This document shows, piece after piece, positions 36,663 through 49,198 of a stretch of 64,000 nt of DNA. Each line of letters starts with the position of its first letter. Positions within the stretch are counted from its first letter, which is position 1. Source of the DNA: Eledone cirrhosa. Its lineage: Eukaryota. The stretch spans positions 180,792,001 to 180,856,000 of the forward strand of contig OZ024743.1 in assembly GCA_964016885.1 (NCBI GenBank). The letters are read 5' to 3'. The notes under the pieces were generated by a model that saw only the letters and a list, made by a program, of their open reading frames with translations, ran no database searches and was not told the DNA's origin. Both the position numbers and the translations under genes were made by a program.

Positions 36663-39559
36663 TAGTAGTTGTTGTTGGTGGTGGTGTTGTTGTTGTTGTT
36701 GGTGGTGGTGTTGTTGTTGTAGTTGTTGTTGTTGTTGGTTGTGGTGTTGTTGTAGTTGTTGGTGGCGGTGGTGTTGTTGTTTTAGTTGTTGTTGGTGACG
36801 GTGTTGTTGTTGTAGTTGTAGTTGTTGTTGGTGGAGGTGTTGTTGTTGTAGTTGCTGTTGGTGGTGGTGGTGGTGGTGTAGTTGTAGTTGTTGGTGGCGG
36901 TGGTGTTGTAGTTGTAGTTGTTGTTGGTGGTGGTGGTGGTGTTGTAGTTGTAGTTGTTGGTTGCGGTGCTGTTGTTGTAGTTGTTGTTGTTGTTGGTTGT
37001 GGTGTTGTTGTAGTTCTTGGTGGCGGTGGTGTTGTTGTTTTAGTTGTTGTTGGTGGTGGTGTTGTAGTTGTAGTTGTTGTTGGTGACGGTGTTGTTGTTG
37101 TAGTTGTAGTTGTTGTTGGTGGTGGTGTTGTTGTTGTAGTTGTTGTTGTTGGTTTTGGTGTTGTAGTTGTAGTTGTTGTTGGTGGTGTTGTTGTTGTAGT
37201 TGTTGTTGGTGGTGGTGGTGGTGTTGTAGTTGTAGTTGTTGTTGGTGGTGTTGTTGTTGTTGTAGTTGTTGTTGGTGCTGGTGGTGTTGTTGTAGTTGTT
37301 GTTGGCGGTGGTGGTATTGTAGTTGTAGTTGTTGTTGGTGCTGGTGGTGTTGTAGTTGTAGTTGTTGTTGGTGGTGTTGTTGTTGTTGTAGTTGTAGTTG
37401 TTGTTGGTGGTGGTGTTGTAGTTGTAGTTGTTGTTGGTGGTGGTGTTGTTGTTGTAGCTGTTGTTGGTGGTGGTGTTGTTGTTGTTGTTGGTGGTGGTGT
37501 TGTAGTTGTAGTTGTTGTTGGTGGTGGTGTTGTAGTTGTAGTTGTTGTTGGTGTGTTGTTGTTGTTGTAGTTGTTGTTGGTGCTGGTGGTGTTGTTGTAG
37601 TTGTTGTTGGTGGTGGTGGTATTGTTGTTGTAGTTGTTGTTGGTGCTGGTGGTGGTGTTGTTGTAGTTGTTGTTGGTGGTGGTGGTGTTGTTGTTGTAGT
37701 TGTTGTTGGTGGTGTAGTTGTTGTTGTAGTTTTGTTGTTGTTGGTGGTGGTGTTGTAGTTGTAGTTGTTGTTGGTGGTGGTGTTGTAGTTGTAGTTGTTG
37801 TTGGTGGTGGTGTTGTAGTTGTAGTTGTTGTTGTTGGAGGTGTTGTAGTTGTAGTTGGTGGTGGTGGTGTTGTTGTTGTTGTTGGTGGTGGTGTTGTAGT
37901 TGTAGTTGTTGTTGGTGGTGGTGTTGTAGTTGTAGTTGTTGTTGGTGGTGGTGTTGTTGTTGTAGTTGTTGTTGTTTGTGGTGGTGTTGTAGTTGTAGTT
38001 GTTGTTGGTGGTGGTGTTGTAGTTGTAGTTGTTGTTGGTGGTGGTGTTGTTGTTGTAGTTGTTGTTGGTGGTGTTGTTGTTGTTGTAGTTGTTGTTGGTG
38101 GTGGTGTTGTTGTTGTTGGTGGTGGTGTTGTAGTTGTAATTGTTGTTGGTGGAGGTGTTGTAGTTGTAGTTGTTGTTGGTGGTGGTGTTGTTGTTGTTGT
38201 AGTTGTTGTTGGTGGTGGTGGTGTTGTTGTTGTAGTTGGTGGTGGTGTTGTAGTTGTAGTTGTTGTTGGTGGTGGTGGTGTTGTTGTTGTTGTAGTTGTT
38301 GGTGTTGGTGGTGTTGTAGTTCTAGTTGTTGGTGTTGGTGGTGTTGTAGTTGTAGTTGTTGTTGGTGGTGGTGTTGTAGTTGTAGTTGTTGGTGGTGGTG
38401 TTGTTGTAGTTGTAGTTGGTGGTGGTGGTGGTGGTGTTGTAGTTGTTGTTGTTGTTGGTGGTGGTGTTGTAGTTGTAGTTGTTGTTGTTGGTGGTAGTGT
38501 TGTTGTAGTTGTTGTTGGTGGTGGTGGTGTAGTTGTAGTTGTTGTTGGTGGCGGTGTTGTTGTTGTAGTTGTGGTTGTTGTTGGTGGTGGTGTTGTAGTT
38601 GTAGTTGTTGTTGGTGGCGGTGTTGTTGTTGCTGTAGTTGTAGTTGTTGTTGTTGTTGGAGGTGGGTTGTAGTTGTTGTTGGTGGTGGTGTTGTAGTTGT
38701 AGTTGTTGTTGGAGGTGGTGTTGTAGTTGTTGGTGGTGGTGTTGTAGTTGTAGTTGTTGGTGGTGGTGTTGTTGTAGTTGTAGTTGGTGGTGGTGTTGTA
38801 GTTGTAGTTGTTGTTGGTGGCGGTGTTGTTGTTGTTGTAGTTGTTGTTGTTGTTGGTGGTGTTGTAGTTGTAGTTGTTGTTGGTGGTGGTGTTGTAGTTG
38901 TAGTTGTTGTTGGTGGTGGTGTTGTAGTTGTAGTTGTTGTTGGTGGTGGTGTTGTAGTTGTAGTTGTTGTTGGTGGTGGTGTTGTAGTTGTAGTTGGTGG
39001 TGGTGTTGTTGTTGTAGTTGTTGTTGGTGGTGGTGTTGTAGTTGTAGTTGTTGTTGTTGGTGGTGGTGTTGTAGTTGTAGTTGTTGTTGGTGGTGGTGTT
39101 GTTGTTGTTGTTGGTGGTGTTGTTGTAGTTGTTGTTGGTGGTGTTGGTGTTGTTGTAGTTGTTGCTGGTGGTGGTGTTGTAGTTGTAGTTGTTGTTGGTG
39201 GTGGTGTTGTAGTTGTAGTTGTTGTTGGTGGTGTTGTTGTTGTAGTTGTTGTTGGTGGTGGTGTTGTTGTTGTAGTTGTTGTTGGTGGTGGTGGTGTTGT
39301 AGTTGTAGTTGTTGGTGGTGGTGGTGTTGTTGTTGTTGTTGGTGGTGGTGGTGTTGTAGTTGTAGTTGTTGTTAGTGGTGGTGTTGTAGTTGTAGTTGTT
39401 GTTGGTGGTGTTGATGTAGTTGTAGTTGTTGTTGGTGGTGGTGTTGTAGTTGTAGGTGGTGGTGTTGTTGTAGTTGTAGTTGTTGTTGGTGGTGGTATTG
39501 TAGTAGTAGTTGTTGTTGGTGGTGGTGTTGTTGTTGTAGTTGTTGTTGGTGGTGGTGGT

Positions 39560-42500
39560 GTTGTAGTTGTTGTTGGTGGCGGTGTTAGTAGTTGTTGTTG
39601 TTGGTGGTGGTGTTGTAGTTGTAGTTGTTGGTGTTGGTGGTGTTGTAGTTGTTGTTGTTGGTGGTGGTGGTGTTGTTGTTGTAGTTGTTGTTGGTGGCGG
39701 TGTTGTAGTTGTAGTTGTTGGTGGTGGTGGTGGTGTTGTTGTTGGTGGTGGTGTTGTAGTTGTAGTTGTTGTTGGTGTTGGTGTTGTAGTTGTAGTTGTA
39801 GTTGTTGGTGGTGGTGTTGTAGTTATTGTTTTTGGTGGTGTTGTAGTTGTAGTTGTTGTTGGTGGTGGTGTTGTAGTTGTTGTTGGTGGTGGTGTTGTAG
39901 TTGTAGTTGTTGTTGTTGGTGGTGGTGTTGTAGTTGTAGTTGTTGGTGGTGGTGTTGTAGTTGTTGTTGGTGGTGGTGTTGTAGTTGTAGTTGTTGTTGG
40001 TGTTGGTGTTGTAGTTGTAGTTGTAGTTGTTGGTGGTGGTGTTGTAGTTATTGTTTTTGGTGGTGTTGTAGTTGTAGTTGTTGTTGTTGTTGGTGGTGTT
40101 GTAGTTGTAGTTGTTGGTGGTGGTGTTGTAGTTGTTGTTGGTGGTGGTGTTGTAGTTGTAGTTGTTGTTGTTGGTGGTGGTGTTGTTGTAGTTGTTGTTG
40201 GTGGTGTTGTAGTTGTAGTTGTTGTTGGTGTTGTTGTAGTTGTTGTTGGTGGTGGTGTTGTTGTAGTTGTTGTTGGTGGTGGTGTTGTAGTTGTAGTTGT
40301 AGTTGTTGGTGGTGGTGTTGTTGTAGTTGTTGTTGGTGGTGTTGTAGTTGTAGTTGTTGTTGGTGTTGTTGTAGTTGTTGTTGGTGGTGGTGTTGTTGTA
40401 GTTGTTGTTGGTGGTGGTGTTGTAGTTGTTGTTGGTGGTGGTGGTGGTGTCGTAGTTGTTGTGGGTGGTGGTGGTGGTGTTGTATTTGTAGTTGGTGTCG
40501 GTGGTGTTGTTGTTGTTGTTGTAGTTGTTGTTGGTGGTGTTGTTGTTGTTGTAGTTGTAGTTGTTGTTGGTGGTGGTGTTGTAGTTGTTGTTGGTGGTGG
40601 TGTTGTTGTTGTTGTAGTTGTTGTTGGTGGTGGTGGTGGTGTTGTTGTAGTTGTTGTTGTTGTAGTTGTAGTTGTTGTTGGTGGTGGTGTTGTTGTAGTT
40701 GTTGTAGTTGTAGTTGTAGTTGTTGGTGGTGGCGGTGTTGTTGTTGTAGTTGTTGTTGGTGGCGGTGTTGTTGTTGTTGTAGCTGTTGTTGGTGGTGGTG
40801 GTGGTGTTGTTGTAGTTGTAGTTGTTGGTGGTGTTGTAGTTGTAGTTGTTGTTGGTGGTGGTGTAGTTGTAGTTGTTGTTGGTGGTGGTGGTGTAGTTGT
40901 AGTTGTTGGTGGCGGTGGTGTTGTAGTTGTAGTTGTTGTTGGTGGTGGTGGTGGTGTTGTAGTTGTAGTTGTTGGTTGCGGTGCTGTTGTTGTAGTTGTT
41001 GTTGTTGTTGGTTGTGGTGTTGTTGTAGTTGTTGGTGGCGGTGGTGTTGTTGTTTTAGTTGTTGTTGGTGGTGGTGTTGTAGTTGTAGTTGTTGTTGGTG
41101 ACGGTGTTGTTGTTGTAGTTGTAGTTGTTGTTGGTGGTGGTGTTGTTGTTGTAGTTGTTGTTGTTGGTTGTGGTGTTGTAGTTGTAGTTGTTGTTGGTGG
41201 TGTTGTTGTTGTTGTAGTTGTAGTTGTTGTGGGTGGTGTTGTTGTTGTTGTAGTTGTTGTTGGTGCTGGTGGTGTTGTTGTAGTTGTTGTTGGTGGTGGT
41301 GGTATTGTAGTTGTAGTTGTTGTTGGTGCTGGTGGTGTTGTAGTTGTAGTTGTTGTTGGTGGTGTTGTTGTTGTTGTAGTTGTAGTTGTTGTTGGTGGTG
41401 GTGTTGTAGTTGTAGTTGTTGTTGGTGGTGGTGGTGTTGTAGTTGTTGTTGGTGGCGGTGTTAGTAGTTGTTGTTGTTGGTGGTGGTGTTGTAGTTGTAG
41501 TTGTTGGTGTTGGTGGTGTTGTAGTTGTTGTTGTTGGTGGTGGTGGTGTTGTTGTTGTAGTTGTTGTTGGTGGCGGTGTTGTAGTTGTAGTTGTTGGTGG
41601 TGGTGGTGGTGTTGTTGTTGGTGGTGGTGTTGTAGTTGTAGTTGTTGTTGGTGTTGGTGTTGTAGTTGTAGTTGTAGTTGTTGGTGGTGGTGTTGTAGTT
41701 ATTGTTTTTGGTGGTGTTGTAGTTGTAGTTGTTGTTGGTGGTGGTGTTGTAGTTGTTGTTGGTGGTGGTGTTGTAGTTGTAGTTGTTGTTGTTGGTGGTG
41801 GTGTTGTAGTTGTAGTTGTTGGTGGTGGTGTTGTAGTTGTTGTTGGTGGTGGTGTTGTAGTTGTAGTTGTTGTTGGTGTTGGTGTTGTAGTTGTAGTTGT
41901 AGATGTTGGTGGTGGTGTTGTAGTTATTGTTTTTGGTGGTGTTGTAGTTGTAGTTGTTGTTGTTGTTGGTGGTGTTGTAGTTGTAGTTGTTGGTGGTGGT
42001 GTTGTAGTTGTTGTTGGTGGTGGTGTTGTAGTTGTAGTTGTTGTTGTTGGTGGTGGTGTTGTTGTAGTTGTTGTTGGTGGTGTTGTAGTTGTAGTTGTTG
42101 TTGGTGTTGTTGTAGTTGTTGTTGGTGGTGGTGTTGTTGTAGTTGTTGTTGGTGGTGGTGTTGTAGTTGTAGTTGTAGTTGTTGGTGGTGGTGTTGTTGT
42201 AGTTGTTGTTGGTGGTGTTGTAGTTGTAGTTGTTGTTGGTGTTGTTGTAGTTGTTGTTGGTGGTGGTGTTGTTGTAGTTGTTGTTGGTGGTGGTGTTGTA
42301 GTTGTTGTTGGTGGTGGTGGTGGTGTCGTAGTTGTTGTGGGTGGTGGTGGTGGTGTTGTATTTGTAGTTGGTGTTGGTGGTGTTGTTGTTGTTGTAGTTG
42401 TTGTTGGTGGTGTTGTTGTTGTTGTAGTTGTAGTTGTTGTTGGTGGTGGTGTTGTAGTTGTTGTTGGTGGTGGTGTTGTTGTTGTTGTAGTTGTTGTTGG

Positions 42501-43240
42501 TGGTGGTGGTGGTGTTGTTGTAGTTGTTGTTGTTGTAGTTGTAGTTGTTGTTGGTGGTGGTGTTGTTGTAGTTGTTGTAGTTGTAGTTGTAGTTGTTGGT
42601 GGTGGCGGTGTTGTTGTTGTAGTTGTTGTTGGTGGCGGTGTTGTTGTTGTTGTAGCTGTTGTTGGTGGTGGTGGTGGTGTTGTTGTAGTTGTTGTTGTTG
42701 GTGGTGTTGTAGTTGTAGTTGTTGTTGGTGGTGGTGTAGTTGTAGTTGTTGTTGGTGGTGGTGGTGTAGTTGTAGTTGTTGGTGGCGGTGGTGTTGTAGT
42801 TGTAGTTGTTGTTGGTGGTGGTGGTGGTGTTGTAGTTGTAGTTGTTGGTTGCGGTGCTGTTGTTGTAGTTGTTGTTGTTGTTGGTTGTGGTGTTGTTGTA
42901 GTTGTTGGTGGCGGTGGTGTTGTTGTTTTAGTTGTTGTTGGTGGTGGTGTTGTAGTTGTAGTTGTTGTTGGTGACGGTGTTGTTGTTGTAGTTGTAGTTG
43001 TTGTTGGTGGTGGTGTTGTTGTTGTAGTTGTTGTTGTTGGTTGTGGTGTTGTAGTTGTAGTTGTTGTTGGTGGTGTTGTTGTTGTTGTAGTTGTAGTTGT
43101 TGTGGGTGGTGTTGTTGTTGTTGTAGTTGTTGTTGGTGCTGGTGGTGTTGTAGTTGTAGTTGTTGTTGGTGCTGGTGGTGTTGTAGTTGTAGTTGTTGTT
43201 GGTGGTGTTGTTGTTGTTGTAGTTGTAGTTGTTGTTGGTG
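39560..43240 (+). repeat. Tandem duplication, unit 1,876 bp
   Basis: ORFs 39567 and 41443 begin with the same long translation. Both copies carry the private markers GGCGGTGTTAGTAG (~39578, ~41454) and paired GTTATTGTTTTTGG. Confidence 0.9.
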
Positions 43241-44713
43241 GTGGTGTTGTAGTTGTAGTTGTTTTTGGTGGTGGTGTTGTTGTTGTAGCTGTTGTTGGTG
43301 GTGGTGTTGTTGTTGTTGTTGGTGGTGGTGTTGTAGTTGTAGTTGTTGTTGGTGGTGGTGTTGTAGTTGTAGTTGTTGTTGGTGTGTTGTTGTTGTTGTA
43401 GTTGTTGTTGGTGCTGGTGGTGTTGTTGTAGTTGTTGTTGGTGGTGGTGGTATTGTTGTTGTAGTTGTTGTTGGTGCTGGTGGTGGTGTTGTTGTAGTTG
43501 TTGTTGGTGGTGGTGTTGTTGTTGTAGCTGTTGTTGGTGGTGGTGTTGTTGTTGTTGGTGGTGGTGGTGTTGTAGTTGTAGTTGTTGTTGGTGGTGGTGT
43601 TGTAGTTGTAGTTGTTGTTGGTGTGTTGTTGTTGTTGTTGTAGTTGTTGTTGGTGCTGGTGGTGTTGTTGTAGTTGTTGTTGGTGGTGGTGGTATTGTTG
43701 TTGTAGTTGTTGTTGGTGCTGGTGGTGGTGTTGTTGTAGTTGTTGTTGGTGGTGGTGGTGTTGTTGTTGTAGTTGTTGTTGGTGGTGTAGTTGTTGTTGT
43801 AGTTTTGTTGTTGTTGGTGGTGGTGTTGTAGTTGTAGTTGTTGTTGGTGGTGGTGTTGTAGTTGTAGTTGTTGTTGGTGGTGGTGTTGTAGTTGTAGTTG
43901 TTGTTGTTGGAGGTGTTGTAGTTGTAGTTGTAGTTGATGGTGGTGGTGTTGTTGTTGTTGTTGGTGGTGGTGTTGTAGTTGTAGTTGTTGTTGGTGGTGG
44001 TGTTGTTGTTGTAGTTGTTGTTGTTGGTGGTGGTGTTGTAGTTGTAGTTGTTGTTGGTGGTGGTGTTGTAGTTGTAGTTGTTGTTGGCGGTGGTGTTGTT
44101 GTTGTAGTTGTTGTTGGTGGTGGTGTTGTTGTTGTTGGTGGTGGTGTTGTAGTTGTAATTGTTGTTGGTGGTGGTGTTGTAGTTGTAGTTGTTGTTGGTG
44201 GTGGTGTTGTTGTTGTTGTAGTTGTTGTTGGTGGTGGTGGTGTTGTTGTTGTAGTTGTTGTTGGTGGTGGTGTTGTAGTTGTAGTTGTTGGTGGTGGTGG
44301 TGTTGTTGTTGTTGTAGTTGTTGGTGTTGGTGGTGTTGTAGTTCTAGTTGTTGGTGTTGGTGGTGTTGTAGTTGTAGTTGTTGTTGGTGGTGGTGTTGTA
44401 GTTGTAGTTGTTGGTGGTGGTGTTGTTGTAGTTGTAGTTGGTGGTGATTGTGATGGTGTTGTAGTTGTTGTTGTTGTTGGTGGTGGTGTTGTAGTTGTAG
44501 TTGTTGTTGTTGGTGGTAGTGTTGTTGTAGTTGTTGTTGGTGGTGGTGGTGTAGTTGTAGTTGTTGTTGGTGGCGGTGTTGTTGTTGTAGTTGTGGTTGT
44601 TGTTGGTGGTGGTGTTGTAGTTGTAGTTGTTGTTGGTGGCGGTGTTGTTGTTGTTGTAGTTGTAGTTGTTGTTGGAGGTGGTGTTGTAGTTGTTGTTGTT
44701 GTTGGATGTGGGT

Positions 44714-47700
44714 TGTAGTTGTTGTTGGTGGTGGTGTTGTAGTTGTAGTTGTTGTTGGAGGTGGTGTTGTAGTTGTTGGTGGTGGTGTTGTAGTTGTAGT
44801 TGTTGGTGGTGGTGTTGTTGTAGTTGTAGTTGGTGGTGGTGTTGTAGTTGTAGTTGTTGTTGGTGGCGGTGTTGTTGTTGTTGTAGTTGTTGTTGTTGTT
44901 GGTGGTGTTGTAGTTGTAGTTGTTGTTGGTGGTGGTGTTGTAGTTGTAGTTGTTGTTGGTGGTGGTGTTGTAGTTGTAGTTGTTGTTGGTGGTGGTGTTG
45001 TAGTTGTAGTTGTTGTTGGTGGTGGTGTTGTAGTTGTAGTTGGTGGTGGTGTTGTTGTTGTAGTTGTTGTTGTTGGTGGTGTTGTAGTTGTAGTTGTTGT
45101 TGTTGGTGGTGGTGTTGTAGTTGTAGTTGTTGTTGGTGGTGGTGTTGTTGTTGTTGTTGGTGGTGTTGTTGTAGTTGTTGTTGGTGGTGTTGGTGTTGGT
45201 GTTGTTGTTGCTGGTGGTGGTGTTGTAGTTGTAGTTGTTGTTGGTGGTGGTGTTGTAGTTGTAGTTGTTGTTGGTGGTGTTGTTGTTGTAGTTGTTGTTG
45301 GTGGTGGTGTTGTTGTTGTAGTTGTTGTTGGTGGTGGTGGTGTTGTAGTTGTAGTTGTTGGTGGTGGTGGTGTTGTTGTTGTTGTTGGTGGTGGTGGTGT
45401 TGTAGTTGTAGTTGTTGTTGGTGGTGGTGTTGTAGTTGTAGTTGTTGTTGGTGGTGGTGTTGTAGTTGTAGTTGTTGTTGGTGGTGGTGTTGTAGTTGTA
45501 GGTGGTGGTGTTGTTGTAGTTGTAGTTGTTGTTGGTGGTGGTATTGTAGTAGTAGTTGTTGTTGGTGGTGGTGTTGTTGTTGTAGTTGTTGTTGTTGGTG
45601 GTGGTGTTGTAGTTGTTGTTGTTGTTGGTGGCGGTGTTGTAGTTGTTGTTGTTGGTGGTGGTGTTGTAGTTGTAGTTGTTGGTGTTGGTGGTGTTGTATT
45701 TGTTGTTGTTGGTGGTGGTGGTGTTGTTGTTGTAGTTGTTGTTGGTGGCGGTGTTGTAGTTGTAGTTGTTGGTGGTGGTGTTGTAGTTGTAGTTGTTGTT
45801 GGTGGTGGTGTTGTAGTTGTTGTTGGTGGTGGTGTTGTAGTTGTAGTTGTTGTTGTTGGTGGTGGTGTTGTAGTTGTAGTTGTTGGTGGTGGTGTTGTAG
45901 TTGTTGTCGGTGGTGGTGTTGTAGTTGTAGTTGTTGTTGGTGGTGGTGTTGTAGTTGTTGTTGGTGGTGGTGTTGTAGTTGTAGTTGTAGTTGTTGGTGG
46001 TGGTGTTGTAGTTGTTGTTTTTGGTGGTGTTGTAGTTGTAGTTGTTGTTGTTGTTGGTGGTGTTGTAGTTGTAGTTGTTGGTGGTGGTGTTGTAGTTGTT
46101 GTTGGTGGTGGTGTTGTAGTTGTAGTTGTTGTTGTTGGTGGTGGTGTTGTTGTAGTTGTTGTTGGTGGTGTTGTAGTTGTAGTTGTTGTTGGTGTTGTTG
46201 TAGTTGTTGTTGGTGGTGGTGTTGTTGTAGTTGTTGTTGGTGGTGGTGTTGTAGTTGTTGTTGGTGGTGGTGGTGGTGTCGTAGTTGTTGTGGGTGGTGG
46301 TGGTGGTGTTGTATTTGTAGTTGTTGTTGGTGGTGTTGTTGTTGTTGTAGTTGTTGTTGGTGGTGTTGTTGTTGTTGTAGTTGTAGTTGTTGTTGGTGGT
46401 GGTGTTGTAGTTGTTGTTGGTGGTGGTGTTGTTGTTGTTGTAGTTGTTGTTGGTGGTGGTGGTGGTGTTGTTGTAGTTGTTGTTGTTGTAGTTGTAGTTG
46501 TTGTTGGTGGTGGTGTTGTTGTAGTTGTTGTAGTTGTAGTTGTAGTTGTTGGTGGTGGCGGTGTTGTTGTTGTAGTTGTTGTTGGTGGCGGTGTTGTTGT
46601 TGTTGTAGCTGTTGTTGGTGGTGGTGGTGGTGTTGTTGTAGTTGTTGTTGTTGGTGGTGTTGTAGTTGTAGTTGTTGTTGGTGGTGGTGTAGTTGTAGTT
46701 GTTGTTGGTGGTGGTGTTGTTGTTGGTGGTGGTGTTGTTGTTGTTGTAGTTGTAGTTGTTGTTGGTGGTGTTGTAGTTGTAGTTGTTGTTGGTGGTGGTG
46801 TTGTTGTAGTTGTAGTTGTTGTTGTTGGTGGTGTTGTTTTTGTTGTAGTTGTTATTGTTGTTGGTGGTGTTGTTGTTGGTGGTGTTGTAGTTGTTGTTGT
46901 TGTTGGTGGTGGTGTTGTTGTTGTAGTTGTTGTAGTTGTTGGTGGTGGTGGTGTTGTAGATGTAGTTGTTGTTGGTGGTGGTGTTGTAGTTGTAGTTGTT
47001 GTTGGTGGTGGTGTTGTTGTTGTAGTTGTTGTTGGTGGTGTTGTTGTTGTTGTTGTAGTTGTTGTTGTTGGTGGTGGTGTTGTTGTTGTAGTTGATGTTG
47101 GTGGTGGTGTTGTAGTTGTAGTTGTTGTTGGTGGTGGTGTTGTAGTTGTAGTTGTTGGTGGTGGTGTTGTAGTTGTAGTTGGTGGTGTAGGTGTTGTTGT
47201 AGTTGTTGTTGGTGGTGGTGTTGTAGTTGTAGTTGTTGTTGGTGGTGGTGTTGTAGTTGTTGTTGGTGGTGGTGGTGTTGTTGTAGTTGTTGTTGGTGGT
47301 GGTGTTGTAGTTGTAGTTGTTGTTGTTGGTGGTGGTGGTGTTGTTGTTGTAGTTGTTGTTGGTGGTGGTGTTGTTGTTGTTGTTGTTGTTGGTGGTGGTG
47401 GTGTTGTTGTTGTAGTTGTTGGTGGTGTTGTAGTTGTTGTTGTTGGTGGTGGTGGTGTTGTAGTTGTAGTTGTTGTTGGTGGTGGTGGTGTTTTTGTAGT
47501 TGTAGTTGGTGGTGGTGGTGGTGTTGTAGTTGTTGTTGGTGGTGGTGTTGTTGTTGTAGTTGTTGTTGGTGGTGGTGGTGTTGTTGTAGTTGTTGTTGGT
47601 GACGGTGTTGTAGTTGTAGTTGTTGGTGGTGGTGGTGGTGTTGTAGTTGTAGTTGTTGGTGGTGGTGGTGGTGTTGTAGTTGTTGTTGTTGGTGGTGGTG

Positions 47701-48067
47701 TTGTAGTTGTAGTTGTTGTTGGTGGTGGTGTTGTAGTTGTTGTTGGTGGTGGTGTTGTTGTTGTAGTTGTTGGTGGTGGTGGTGGTGGTGGTGTTGTAGT
47801 TGTAGTTGTTGGTGGTGGTGGTGGTGTTGTAGTTGTAGTTGGTGGTGGTGGTGGTGTTGTAGTTGTAGTTGTTGGTGTTGGTGGTGGTGTTGTTGTAGTT
47901 GTTGTTGGTGGTGGTGGTGTTGTAGTTGAAGTTGTTGGTGGTGGTGGTGTTGTAGTTGTAGTTGTTGGTGGTGGTGGTGGTGTTGTAGTTGTAGTTGTTG
48001 TTGGTGGTGGTGGTGTCGTTGTAGTTGTTGGTGGTGGTGTTGTAGTTGTAGTTGTTGGTGGTGGTGG

Positions 48068-48098
<31 letters not shown>

Positions 48099-49198
48099 GG
48101 TGTTGTTGTTGTAGTTGTTGTTGGTGGTGGTGTTGTTGTTGTTGGTGGTGTTGTAGTTGTAGTTGTTGGTGGCGGTGGTGTTGTTGTTGTAGTTGTTGTT
48201 GTTGGTGGTGGTGGTGTTGTAGTTGTAGTTGTTGGTTGCGGTGCTTTTGTTGTAGTTGTTGTTGTTGTTGGTTGTGGTGTTGTTGTAGTTGTTGGTGGTG
48301 GTGGTGGTGTTGTTGTTGTAGTTGTTGTTGGTGGTGGTGTTGTAGTTGTAGTTGTTGTTGGTGGTGGTGTTGTAGTTGTAGTTGTTGTTGGTGGTGGTGT
48401 TGTAGTTGTTGTTGTTGTTGGTGGTGGTGTTGTAGTTGTTGCTGGTGGCGGTGTTGTAGTTGTTGCTGGTGGTGGTGTTGTTGTTGTAGTTGGTGGTGGT
48501 GGTGGTGGTGTTGTTGTTGTAGTTGGTGGTGGTGGTGGTGTTGTTGTTGTAGTTGTTGTTGGTGGTGGTGTTGTAGTTGTAGTTGTTGTTGATGGTGGTG
48601 TTGTAGTTGTAGTTGGTGGTGGCGGTGGTGTTGTTGTAGTTGTTGTTGGTGGTGTTGTTGTTGTTGTAGTTGTTGTTGGTGGTGGTGTTGTAGTTGTAGT
48701 TGTTGTTGGTGTTGGTGTTGTAGTTGTAGTTGTTGTTGGTGGTGGTGTTGTTGTTGTAGTTGGTGGTGGTGGTGGTGTTGTTGTTGTAGTTGTTGTTGTT
48801 GGTGGTGGTGGTGTTGTTGTTGTAGTTGTAGTTGTTGTTGGTGGTGGTGTTGTAGTTGTAGTTGTTGTTGGTGGTGGCGGTGGTGTTGTTGTTGTTGGTG
48901 GTGGTGTTGTTGTTGTAGTTGTTGTTGCTGGTGGTGGTGTTGTAGTTGTAGTTGTTGTTGGTGTTGGTGTTGTAGTTGTAGTTGTTGTTGGTGGTGGTGT
49001 TGTTGTTGTAGTTGGTGGTGGTGGTGGTGTTGTTGTTGTAGTTGTTGTTGTTGGTGGTGGTGGTGTTGTTGTTGTAGTTGTAGTTGTTGTTGGTGGTGTT
49101 GTTGTTGTAGTTGTTGTTGGTGGTGGTGTTGTTGTTGTAGTTGTTGTTGCTGGTGGTGGTGTTGTAGTTGTAGTTGTTGTTGGTGGTGGTGTTGTTGT
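44714..49198 (-). other. Thr/Pro reading phase (~1,490 codons), mucin PTS-like candidate
   Basis: Phase is constant between the shifts at ~44712 and ~49199. It is antisense to the track's ORF 44706..49217. Confidence 0.18.
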
